Of a stretch of DNA of 64,000 nucleotides, positions 26,367-37,093 are shown piece after piece (the stretch's first letter is position 1; each line of letters opens with the position of its first letter). The notes beneath the pieces are model-generated. The model had not been told where the DNA came from. It saw nothing but the letters and a program-made list of their open reading frames with translations, and ran no database searches. This DNA is from Daphnia carinata (lineage: Eukaryota), in contig NC_081334.1 of the NCBI RefSeq assembly GCF_022539665.2, positions 2,604,001 through 2,668,000 of the forward strand, written 5' to 3'. The translations under genes and the position numbers were made by a program.

Positions 26367-27139
26367 AGGCACATATACGCTGTATATCGATGGATTGCAA
26401 GGAAAAGGTACGTATTCAGTGTCACAAAGTTACATTTAGAATTTGCCGATGAATATATTCAAATAATTTCTCGTTAAGAAATTATTTGGGATAAAAACAA
26501 AATCGGATTATTTTTTCTTAGCAAAAATTAAGACTGTATTTTTGCATCGAAGTTCTTTGTTTTGATTTTGGTATTGGTCGTTCGTATCTTTGACCTACTT
26601 ACGACTCGCCGGTACGTAAGCCAAAAACGAAGAGTTTGGATGTATTTGACACATTTACCGTTGAACTACGGGACACGGATAGAATTATCACGATGTGAAG
26701 GTCAAACACGATGCGACCTTAGCCTATGTCGCAAACTCTGGAAAGATAAGCACGACGATATTTCCATTCTCTGCTTTTTATTGACGATGAGTTTGATTTA
26801 TTGTTCGAAATCGGTGGGCTCCTAAGGTAAAAAAAAATTACCTTCATAAACCAATGATAAATACAAAAAAGAAAACAAATAACTACCTGATCAGTAGTCC
26901 AAAAGTTTTTCCCGGCTAGGGAGAAATTCGACAACTGTCTAACTTAATTCCAAATTAATGGGAAATAAAAACCCCGGAGCGACTGCGCTGATAAGAGATA
27001 TAATGAGAAAATGCGTACTATACGTCACGATGAAGCGCGATATCATTCCATAAAAAATATGGAATTCTATGATTTTTGATTTTTGATACATGTTATTTGC
27101 ATTTAGGCCGTCTTCGGGACAAGTTAGCTGTACCGGAAT

Positions 27140-29364
27140 ATGTTGCGTGTCGTTTGGATTGCATGTGCTTGCACGATATTGGCATCTGTTGTTGGTAAGT
27201 TTTCCACATCTTGACATTTAGCAGTAGCTATTCGTCGAATAAATTTAACTAAATTTGCATTGGAAAGATTCGTCGGCGAAGAGTTCTCGAGTTGTAGGTG
27301 GTACGGATGCCATCTCCAAACAATTCCCCTTCGTCGTACAAATTCAAACAAAAGGGGAACATCGTTGCGCCGGCTACATTTACAATGCAAATTGGATAGT
27401 GACTACCGCTGTTTGCGTCTATGGGTAAAGTATTCAGCAGCAAATATGTAAAGCAATACTAAGTTTAATTCTTTTTTGCAAACGTTGGCAGCTTTAAATT
27501 ATCTGATTTGAAAGTGGTTGTGGGCCAAGTTTCTCTAACAGCAACCGATCCTGGCGAGGAATACTTTGACGTGGTATCGAATCATATCCACGAATCGTAT
27601 GATGCCGCTACTTTGAGAAACAACATCGCCATGCTTCAAGTAAGGAATCAAATCAAAATAAATTTATAACATTATCCTTATCGACCTCATTTGTCCTACA
27701 TTGTATCGCGCTCCTTGTAAAGCTGTCTAGGTCAATTACGTTCGATGAGTACTCGAGGGCCGTTGCCCACGGAGAACTCTCAATATCTGTGACAGATGGC
27801 ACTCTGTTGGGCTGGGGAAATTCAGGGGTGAGTAAATTAAACAAAGTTGGGTTATGATTTACTATATTGCCAGTTTCTCGTACAATCTTTTTTTCTGGTA
27901 CATCACCAATCTCTATGCCGTTCCAGTCGGGAAATATTGCTTCCAGTCTTAAGTACGCCATTGTTCAAGTGGTAAACGATGGTACTTGCCCTTCCATCGA
28001 CCCCGGCTTGTGGGACCCTACTTCGATGATATGCGCAGGAGATTGTAATATCCCAGTATTTCTTAAAGGTTGACAATTCACGTGGTAACAAATAATCTAA
28101 CTTTGCAGCCATTCACAACGCATGTTACGGTGATGCAGGCGGGCCATTGGTACTGGGAACATCCGTATCTAATTACTTTGTCGTGGGACTAGTTTCGCAC
28201 AGTACTACTTGTTTTAGTCCGACCGCCTATATCCGACTGTCGTTCTACACAGCCTGGATGCGAGGGATCGGTGGCGAAACATCGCCCATGCCTACGACGT
28301 TATCACAAACCTCAACTACAACTACGACTGTAACGACTGAAATTGTTACCTCAACATCACCTGCGACTACGACAATGTCCCAAACAACAACAGAAACAAC
28401 ACAAACGTCGAATACGAATGTTGACATAACAACAGAAGCTACTACAACGACAGCATTTTTCCAGACTTGTAACGTAGCTAGCGCAGGGGAGTTTCCCTTT
28501 ATTGTTTCTGTGGGAGATCTTCTGTCAGGCCGACATTCGTGTGCCGGGTTTATTTACAACGCCAATTACGTGGTCACAACAGCCTCCTGCATTGCGATGT
28601 GAGTTGTTTACATGTTTATCTCATTGGATTTTTTGTTTGACATATAAAACTTGTTTAATTCCAGGCTGGACAAGGATGCGATCGTTATAACTGCAGGTAC
28701 CTCACGACTGAATATTCCGGGGGCGTATTACGTTTACGGTGCGCAACAAGTTATAACAAACACGAAAGGTGACATTGCATTGATCCAGGTAATTTTTCAA
28801 TCATTGATAGAATGGGTAACACTTGTACATTTATTAAAGCTTCGTACTCCCATTATTATCAGACTTCAAGAAGCTTCATATTCAATGAAAACCTCAACTT
28901 CATTCGTTTTGATCAAGGGAACTACAATGAACCTTCGAGCACCGTTATAGGATGGGCTTCGACAGAAGTATGGTTAATGCTATAACTTTCCCAGAATGTG
29001 TTTCTAGAAATTGATAACAAATTCTATCAAGGCTGGAGGATGTACGACGTCTCTCGACCTCTTGTGGGGAGCAGCTTCGTTGACGTCACAAACTAGCAAC
29101 TGCGAGGGTTTAGTGTCCAATTTTGACGCAGAAACAATGATATGCGTTGCGGGATCGACAAGCAGAAACTACAATTCGGCAGCAATCGTTGGTTCGTGTC
29201 GTTTCGAAAATGGAGCCCCCTTAATTCAAGGAATGCCATCTCTAGTAATAGGGATCAAATCTATCGTTGAGCAGTCTTGCGCCACGGGACAGGTATTTAC
29301 GGTATATACTCGAATTTCGACTTTTTTCGATTGGCTTTGGATAAGTGCTGGTCCTCAGCCTTAA
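27140..29364 (+). CDS. Paralogous double-domain serine protease homologue (predicted inactive) with mucin-like Thr-rich linker
   Basis: Signal peptide MLRVVWIACACTILASVV (27140-27194), R/VVGG. Domain 1 TTAVC, NNIAML, GDAGGPL; poly-Thr linker ~28290-28455; domain 2 TTASC, GDIALI, FENGAPL. Exon layout parallels the upstream gene. Confidence 0.85.
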
Positions 29365-29560
29365 CATTTACTTCGAAAACAGTTCGCTATGGTTTTTATT
29401 TTTTAACTTCGTTGATTCTATGTAATTCTTGTGGACGTTAATCAGTGATGGATTATGCTGTATTTGGTAATCATCTAACTATAATTTCACGCAAGTTTAG
29501 CTAAGTAACATAACGCTTTACTAAATCTATTATAAATTCACTAATCCAGTTGCACGGTGT

Positions 29561-30594
29561 TCATTCGACCGACTCGCAAATTAATCTTGTTGAGTAGATG
29601 CAAACATTGTCGGCCCAGTATCCGCTGTAATCGAGAAAATAGAGCAGAGCGCAGCTTCCAGGTTCGTTATCGTCAGGCTGATTGTATACCGGATGCCAAT
29701 TGGTGTAGTTAAATGGCTGAAATGGTTGTACAGAAGCCCACTCCCAGCGATTGTTTCCTTCTTGTGAGTATCTACCCGAGGTCCAAAACTCGGAGAAATT
29801 CAATTCTAGAGTTAGGAGGTTTTAAAAACAAAATTTAGTTAAAACCCCGAAGACTCCGTTGCATATTGAACAGTAGCGGATAATAATCGCGGATTGAAAC
29901 GGAATACGATTGGACAATTTTGATTCTTCTTCCAGCCCTATATCAAAAGTCAATTTCAGTCCTTGTCAAAATCTGACTTAAAATCTCGAAATGTAGAAAG
30001 AACTGAAAAAAGATTAAAAATGCCCAATCTTATTTCGTTTCAGTACCAATTTCCTTTTATCTTTTAAACTGTTATTAAGCAGACCTGGGTTGGATTGAAC
30101 GTGACTGTTAATCATCTTGTCTTCTTCTTCAGTTTCAAGACTGAGCAAAGTCATATTGCCCCCTCTGCAGAATTCATCGGAGCGCATCCAGGTGGGCAAC
30201 TAAAGAAATGTGTAAATGTCATTGGGGAAAGATAGCGTAATGTAAATGTAACTGACGTACTCTGAAGCTTGAAAAGCAATAACATTTGTTTCCCAGGAAC
30301 CAGCAAGGCACACTGGTATTGCCTTGGAAGTAGGGTGGGCAGTCTTCTATCAGTTAAATACGTTGAAAATGATGTTATTTATAGCACGCTGGGATTAGAA
30401 AAAGTGAATGGCTGAAAACCAAAATCCGCTATATAGCTAATTTCAGCGGTGCAAAATGTCAGTGGGAAAAATTTAGACTTACCGCTGGACTTCGAATCAT
30501 CAAGGCTAGGAGACAAAGGTGTTCCACCTACAATGGCCAAAAAAAAAGCTATTACAGCAATGGTAAAGACAACACCAACTTTGCAGGGCAACAT
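29561..30594 (-). CDS. Secreted C-type lectin (single CTLD, QPD motif)
   Basis: Four exons: signal peptide, KCYCF, W..S..FC...NMTLLSLET.EE, FWTSG...WEW...YTNW....QPD...C.......WAD..C......ICE. Confidence 0.88.
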
Positions 30595-32140
30595 GCTATT
30601 GCTTCGCGTGAAATAAGAATAAGTTTTGTTTATGTGTGTTACGCATTTACCTGAAAAATATGCCTAGTGACAGGTTTTTTAAGATACCTTATATAAAGAG
30701 AGTTCAATCTTATCTTCATTTTTCTTTTTGTTTGCCACGATTGAAGTTGATCTACACAAATGTTTTGATAGGAATTCAGTCTAGATGATTGATATACGCT
30801 CTTCTGATACCATTTTCATGACATATTAAATTTTTCCAATAGATGGGACCACGTCGTTCGTGATTCTGTCCCGGAAATAGGTGGTATTTGAGCCGTACAG
30901 GTGGGTCTTGTTTTTCTGTAATTGTGCCCACGCCCTACCCAGGTTTCACTTGGGTAATGAAATTTCGAAACCGATTCCAAACCCGGTCTAATCATTGAAA
31001 TAGTGAATGGTGACGTAGTGAAAAATTACTCATCTAATTCGTAGGCTATAATAAAAAAAAAAATAGTTTTAAAATATTAAACTTACTTGTTTAAGTTTTT
31101 TAGTTGCAGTAAAATGCAACATTGCTAAATGCCAGCAAATCAGAGTTAATTTCACGTCACTGGTATGCTACAGTCTCCTAGTTCTAAGATGGCGGTCAAT
31201 GTGTTCAGACCTTAAGAGTTCAGACACATCTTTAAGCCTACGCCACGCTCGTGCTTATCACTATTTCATATTTCTTTGAACCGTGATTTGAACCGTGCTT
31301 TGAACGTCAGTGATAAGATTCCAAGGCAGGCCGAAAAGTTGTTAATAAGAGAAATTGGAATTTTACAATCGCACATGTATTCCGTGGAAATCCAGTAATT
31401 ATGAGTGTACTCATAGTTCATTGCATGATTTTTTCTTGTCTAAGGTAATGAACTGGCATTCATCAAAGAAAGTAAGCAATTTAATTTGGTATTTTTAACT
31501 GGTCTTTCCGTTTCAGTGACAGCAGTGCAGATATTTCCTGTACAGAGTGGTATGATAGTTAAAGCACCAATCCTTTTAATGGTCTTAATCCTACGTCCCT
31601 ATCCAACAACGAACTATACAAATTGGAAGTGGACAATTATTGGCATTGATTCAGTTTGGTTATTTTACCTATCTAAGTTAAACAGGTATTGAGGCTGAAG
31701 TGTGGTACAGTTGCTATTTTTTAATTTAAATGTTTTTATGTTACAGAAATGTCAAAGGTTATAGTTGGTGATTTAAAAAAGGTGATCAACAATTTGAGCA
31801 AGAAAATTTTGCAGTTTCAGGTTGTTTCTGGTTGTGCTGGAAACGCTATCTGTTGGCACCGTGGACGGAATGACGTATGTACTATTACGTAAGGTATTGC
31901 AGTTCTAGTTCTAGTAACTAGATTTTGCTTAGTTTTATTTGTTAGCATTTGTTTGAAGTATTAGAGAACAAAATCTCATATTTTTCTTTGCAGAAGGAAG
32001 AGTATGTACCCAAATAAGACTGAATTGAAGATGGTCAGAAAATATGTAATGGTGTTAAATATGATGCCCATGGATTTCCTAAGAATTTGCAACGTTAGGT
32101 GTCGCAGCCAATAATTAAGCTAGGTGAAGTCACCGGCGCT

Positions 32141-32264
32141 AGATGGCGTTGTGGTGCGCACCAAATGGGCTTTGGTACCGATACGAAGCACAATAGATGG
32201 CGTATGGATGCGAACACTAACACAAGATGGCGTCCTATGGATCGAATCACAACATTGGATGGCG
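32141..32264 (+). repeat. Degenerate ~31-bp tandem repeat with RGATGGCGT core (4 copies)
   Basis: AGATGGCG at 32141, 32195, 32225 and GGATGGCG at 32257. Copies 2 and 3 share the tail TATGGAT(G)CGAA(T)CAC.AACA. Confidence 0.65.
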
Positions 32265-35200
32265 TTTGCTGTTGTACTTTATACAGACTGCCAGCACAGT
32301 ACATTCCAGTACTGAAGCTTCTTGGGGCACCAATGTACGAACAACATACCAGTTACCTTTATCAGCTACGTGAACTCTCTGGCGATGTAAAAGGTTGCCA
32401 AATACTGGAATGCTCTGCGTTTCGAAACTGAAGATTCACCAAATTGTAACATGCGGCAGCTTAACTGGCTTCTACAGCCACGACTACTCCTGGATTTCTT
32501 CATGACCTAGTGTACTAGTGACCCTTGTGCTAGTGAAGTTTTCGTTTTTAAGCATCGCTTTTTTAACTGCGGCGGACGGGGGACTTCTATATGTTCCATG
32601 CTGCATTAACCTGGAAGGAACCCACATTATCAAAATAAGAAAATGAAAGCAGTATTTGGAGTCTATGAAGCCATCTATTCCTTATTGAAGATCTAGCTTA
32701 AGGGTGAAAAACAAAATCAAATTTAAGCCAAGCAGTTTGTCGGAAACCGCACTAAGTAATATTGAACACCTTGTCAACACAATGAGGTGCTAGTGGAATG
32801 TTTGAATATACAGTGAGAAGCCCATCAAAAATTCTTGGAGTTGGATGGACTTTACAAGTACATATTATAGGTAACTTTCATTAGTAAAATTTTTCAATAC
32901 TGATTTGGGTTTAGTTTTCTTGATATATACTAGATAGAGAATAATAATGAATTGGAAAATCATTTGCATAAGTGTTGGAATGTCCATAAAATTATAACAG
33001 TTGTGATATCAATTATTTCACTTCCACATGCATGGGTATTTGTGCTTATCAACTGAATTGTATAGTTGAGTATTTCTTGTAATCTCATTTCCTCTTGACT
33101 CATCTAAGAGAAGCCAGCGACACTACATGTGTGCATAATTAACTTGGGGAAAAGAAATTATGTGAGTAGCGTAGGATAGTATTGTAGCCAATTAATTTTA
33201 ATCTTTCATTTATTTCTTTGTTATGAATAGGTGCTATGGCTATGTGGTGCCTAAATCATTCAATGATAGCATGGAACATGTAGAAAAAAGGCTGTATTTA
33301 TGGAAACACAGCTTAATTACCTGTTGAATGATGTGGTGATGTTTAACACTAGATGACTAATATTCAACAAGGATTTTAATTCCTTAGGGTGAGTTTTAGA
33401 GTTGTATACTAGTCGAAATTTCATGTAGTAACTTGAATGACTTACTATTTCTTAGTCTTACCGTCGTTTGTCAGTTGCGTCGGATATAGAAATCTTTATT
33501 GAGGTAATTAATCTGCAATACTTGCAAATTTATTTTGCTTAAGTAAAATGTGAAATAACCATCTTATACAGAAAAAGCCATGATTGTTGTGATCCTTATA
33601 TTTGAAATAGCAGTTCAAGTAAAATTTTCTGTTGGCTGTGACAATGGAAGCTTCTAAAAACACAAATCAGAATATTTGAGCAAGCCGAAGTGCTGTATAC
33701 CTGGCTGCTGGGTAATAAAGTTTATGTTGATTTTATACTTACAGTTTATCCCAAGCTTTCACAGCTACATTTCTGTGTTCTTTTCCGTTGGTCTATGGTT
33801 CTGATTTGAGGCAGGTATATCTATTATGCTATGTCACTAAGTACTATATGGAAGGTAATAACTGAAGTTGATTGAAATCTATTCTGATTCTCCTGATATC
33901 CATCTCAACAGGTTTTTATTTACTTTTCAACACCCATTTCATAGTGGGACGTGTTGCTTTGATTAATATTGCCATAAAGACTGCCGAAAATGGGTGTGGT
34001 ACGGAAACCCAGAAATGGCATGAGCTCAACATCAAACATGGATTAGGTACTTTTTGGTTTTTTGTCTATCGAAAAAGTATTTTTAATGCTATTATTTTGC
34101 ATTCACAGAATTTTACCGGTGGATCAAGTCAAGTCTGGAAGTGTTACAGGATGGAAGAGTTGGCCTATAGTTGAAAAAACATTGAGAGTGCATTACCGTT
34201 AAGGTATGAGGTAAAGTAATAGAGTATGCAAATTGTCTAATGAGAAGTACCATCTTGTGTGAATGAATCCTGTATAACAGCAATCCTTTATAGTTCTGTC
34301 AAAGCTAGAAGCCTCAAATAATTCTGCTTCTCTTGCTAAAGAACAACTTGTCCCTTACGTTCAAAGTGTTGGTGAAACTGGGTACTTAAATGGCCCTAAA
34401 AATGTTTCACTTCGCTGGCATTGCAGCGATGAACATCATACATGGAATCTTTAGGTATGAATGGAATTGTCTTGAAAAAATTTGGAATTTATGACAAAGC
34501 ATTTCTCCTCCTTTTTGCCAACTATGTCTAATTGACAAAAAAAATTTATCAAATAGGAAAGGATTTTCAGCATACTGGGAACACAACTACCAACAATGCA
34601 ACATTCTACGGGTGCTATTTTATCATTAACAAGCCTTATACAATGATTTTCATCTGCAATTTGTATGGCCTTTCCCAAGCTTCTGCCAGAAGTTGAATCT
34701 ATGAGTCATGTAAGTCCCATGAGCAACAATTGAGATGCTTAATGGTGTTGTTTTTCTTTTCTCAGTATAGGTTAATAGTAACATTGGATCTGAAAAGATT
34801 CTTGGTTGGGGCAAGACACTGAATAAATTGCAATGATTGGATGGATGACATGACATTTCTGTACTTCATTCGGATTCCCGAGACGGTATTTTATATTTAA
34901 AAAATTGAAGTGCATATATGGGCTCCCTTCCTTTCCGTAGCCCCGTTTCCCCTTGACTCGTAATAAGCCCGTAGGGGGTCATGCCCCTACTGTACGGTAT
35001 ATATAAAAACAACATATACCGAGGTTTGGAGGGCTCTGGCCGGAAAGGGGACGTGGGGTGCCGCTTAGTCCGATGATGTGTTCACGGAGGGCGACGTGGC
35101 TACCCACAAATCCGAACTAAAGGTTAATCGCTCCTGTAAAAATGTTCCAAATCTTCAGCTCTTCTTCCGGCTTCTCTTAGCCAATCACCGGGTAATCTCC

Positions 35201-35397
35201 CCGGTGGGTCAACAAGGCAGTGTCTCCCCCTGCCTGGGTTGACGGCAACTTTTGAAAGGGCTGTTATGCCTCTTTAAAGTTGCAAAATATATCCATTGTG
35301 CAGAGAATTGTCAATAAAAAGTTATTTTAAAAAAAAATTTATGCAAAACTTGTATTCTATTTTGACTGGGTGTTTACAATGTTCAAACTTTTGCAAC

Positions 35398-35452
35398 TTA
35401 TGCTTAGAACTTTATCTTATGCTTAGAACTTTATCTTATGCTTAGCTTTATC
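35398..35452 (+). repeat. 19-bp tandem repeat x3
   Basis: TTATGCTTAGAACTTTATC at 35398 and 35417; third copy at 35436 lacks AA. Confidence 0.9.
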
Positions 35453-35511
35453 TTGCAAAGTTCACCATTACTATTGTTGCCACCTTCCATGTGTGCCTTA
35501 CAATCTATTTA

Positions 35512-35583
35512 ACTAGACTGGGATTTGAACCACAGATTTCTTGCTTCGCAGACCAGCACGCTACTTTTATGCCATAGCTGTTC
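35512..35583 (-). pseudogene. tRNA-like/SINE-head sequence (degenerate)
   Basis: Minus-strand A-box-like TGGCATAAAAGT (35574-35563) and B box GGTTCAAATCC (35531-35521) at tRNA spacing; stems pair poorly. Confidence 0.5.
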
Positions 35584-35670
35584 TTGTTAACACTGTTTAG
35601 GATTGTGATACCTATATAGATATGCAATTCACATTAGGTTATTATTGAATGCATATTAGTTGTTTCTAAG

Positions 35671-35742
35671 TTCATAGTTGGAATAATGGTAAGGCATGTG
35701 GTTGTCATGCTAGAATACTAGGGTTCGATCCCCATGTCAGCT
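35671..35742 (+). pseudogene. tRNA-like/SINE-head sequence (degenerate)
   Basis: A box TGGAATAATGG (35679-35689) and B box GGTTCGATCCC (35722-35732) at tRNA spacing; cloverleaf incomplete. Confidence 0.5.
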
Positions 35743-35885
35743 AATGTACAGCCAAATAATAAATACAAAAGTAAATAGTGTAAAATCATTTTTATTGTCC
35801 CTCCTTCCACCCACATATCCACCACTATTACATTTCAAAATACAGTGCACAACATACAATACATACGCATATACACTTAAACTAA

Positions 35886-36192
35886 CCCGTTGGCTGCCAC
35901 GCCACCTATCTACAATAGCTACTGTCGCTATCAAAGGGATAGCGACCAAGGGGGCCGGGTAGGCCGGGCTGACACGGCGATGAGACCTTTCCGGGAACGC
36001 ACACCCCCGGTCTCATCAGCCGCATCGAACAAGGGAATTCCCTATGGTGCGTTGCCTGTGGGCCATTGGGCCAATCTTGGGCAGTGGCGCTGCTCCACCC
36101 CATGGCAGATAGACCATGGAGCAGAACAGCGCGGCCCGTCCCTGTCAAGCTACAAAAAAAAGGGGATCAAAGGTGGCGTGGCAGCCAACGGG
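35886..36192. mobile_element. 307-bp piggyBac-type (TTAA-specific) MITE
   Basis: Perfect 22-bp TIRs CCCGTTGGCTGCCACGCCACCT (35886-35907) and AGGTGGCGTGGCAGCCAACGGG (36171-36192). CCC...GGG ends, flanked by CTAA (35882-35885) and TTAA (36193-36196). Confidence 0.8.
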
Positions 36193-36242
36193 TTAATTAA
36201 TTAACACTTAACATTACAAAACACACACAATACCAAAAAGAC

Positions 36243-37093
36243 GAGGCGAAGGCGAAGCGACGGGCGAGGCGAAGGCGAAGCGACGGGCGAGGCGAGGCGA
36301 AGGCGAAGCGACGGGCGAGGCGAGGCGAAGGCGAAGCGACGGGCGAGGCGAGGCGAGGCGAGGCGAAGGCGAAGCGACGGGCGAGGCGAGGCGAGGCGAA
36401 GGCGAAGCGACGGGCGAGGCGAGGCGAGGCGAGGCGAAGGCGAAGCGACGGGCGAGGCGAGGCGAAGGCGAAGCGACGGGCGAGGCGAGGCGAGGCGAGG
36501 CGAAGGCGAAGCGACGGGCGAGGCGAGGCGAAGGCGAAGCGACGGGCGAGGCGAGGCGAAGGCGAAGCGACGGGCGAGGCGAGGCGAAGGCGAAGCGACG
36601 GGCGAGGCGAGGCGAGGCGAGGCGAAGGCGAAGCGACGGGCGAGGCGAGGCGAGGCGAAGGCGAAGCGACGGGCGAGGCGAGGCGAGGCGAAGGCGAAGC
36701 GACGGGCGAGGCGAGGCGAGGCGAAGGCGAAGCGACGGGCGAGGCGAGGCGAGGCGAAGGCGAAGCGACGGGCGAGGCGAGGCGAGGCGAAGGCGAAGCG
36801 ACGGGCGAGGCGAGGCGAGGCGAAGGCGAAGCGACGGGCGAGGCGAGGCGAGGCGAAGGCGAAGCGACGGGCGAGGCGAGGCGAAGGCGAAGCGACGGGC
36901 GAGGCGAGGCGAAGGCGAAGCGACGGGCGAGGCGAGGCGAAGGCGAAGCGACGGGCGAGGCGAGGCGAGGCGAGGCGAGGCGAGGCGAGGCGAAGGCGAA
37001 GCGACGGGCGAGGCGAGGCGAAGGCGAAGCGACGGGCGAGGCGAGGCGAAGGCGAAGCGACGGGCGAGGCGAGGCGAAGGCGAAGCGACGGGC
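36243..37093 (+). repeat. Compound minisatellite [(GAGGC)1-7 GAAGGCGAAGCGACGGGC]x27
   Basis: Counted 27 invariant 18-nt cores and 73 GAGGC pentamers, totalling 851 nt; no T on the + strand. Confidence 0.97.

Noticed and set aside
35512..35742. Functional tRNA genes (Arg-GCG-like, Asp-GTC-like)
   Set aside because: Acceptor, D and T stems pair poorly; reported as tRNA-like relics only.
35985..36022. Hammerhead-like CTGATGAG...GAAA on the minus strand inside the MITE
   Set aside because: Stem II does not close with the required R-Y pair next to the core, and the motif is sequestered in a simple hairpin.
34971..36192. Divergent tRNA-like promoters transcribing through into the two flanking hairpin modules
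   Set aside because: T-runs of 4 or more (Pol III terminators) lie between each promoter and its module (+ near 35788; - near 35345 and 35330).
36243..37093. CRISPR-like array (constant core plus variable spacer)
   Set aside because: The spacers are only GAGGC multiples, not unique sequences; eukaryotic context and no cas genes.
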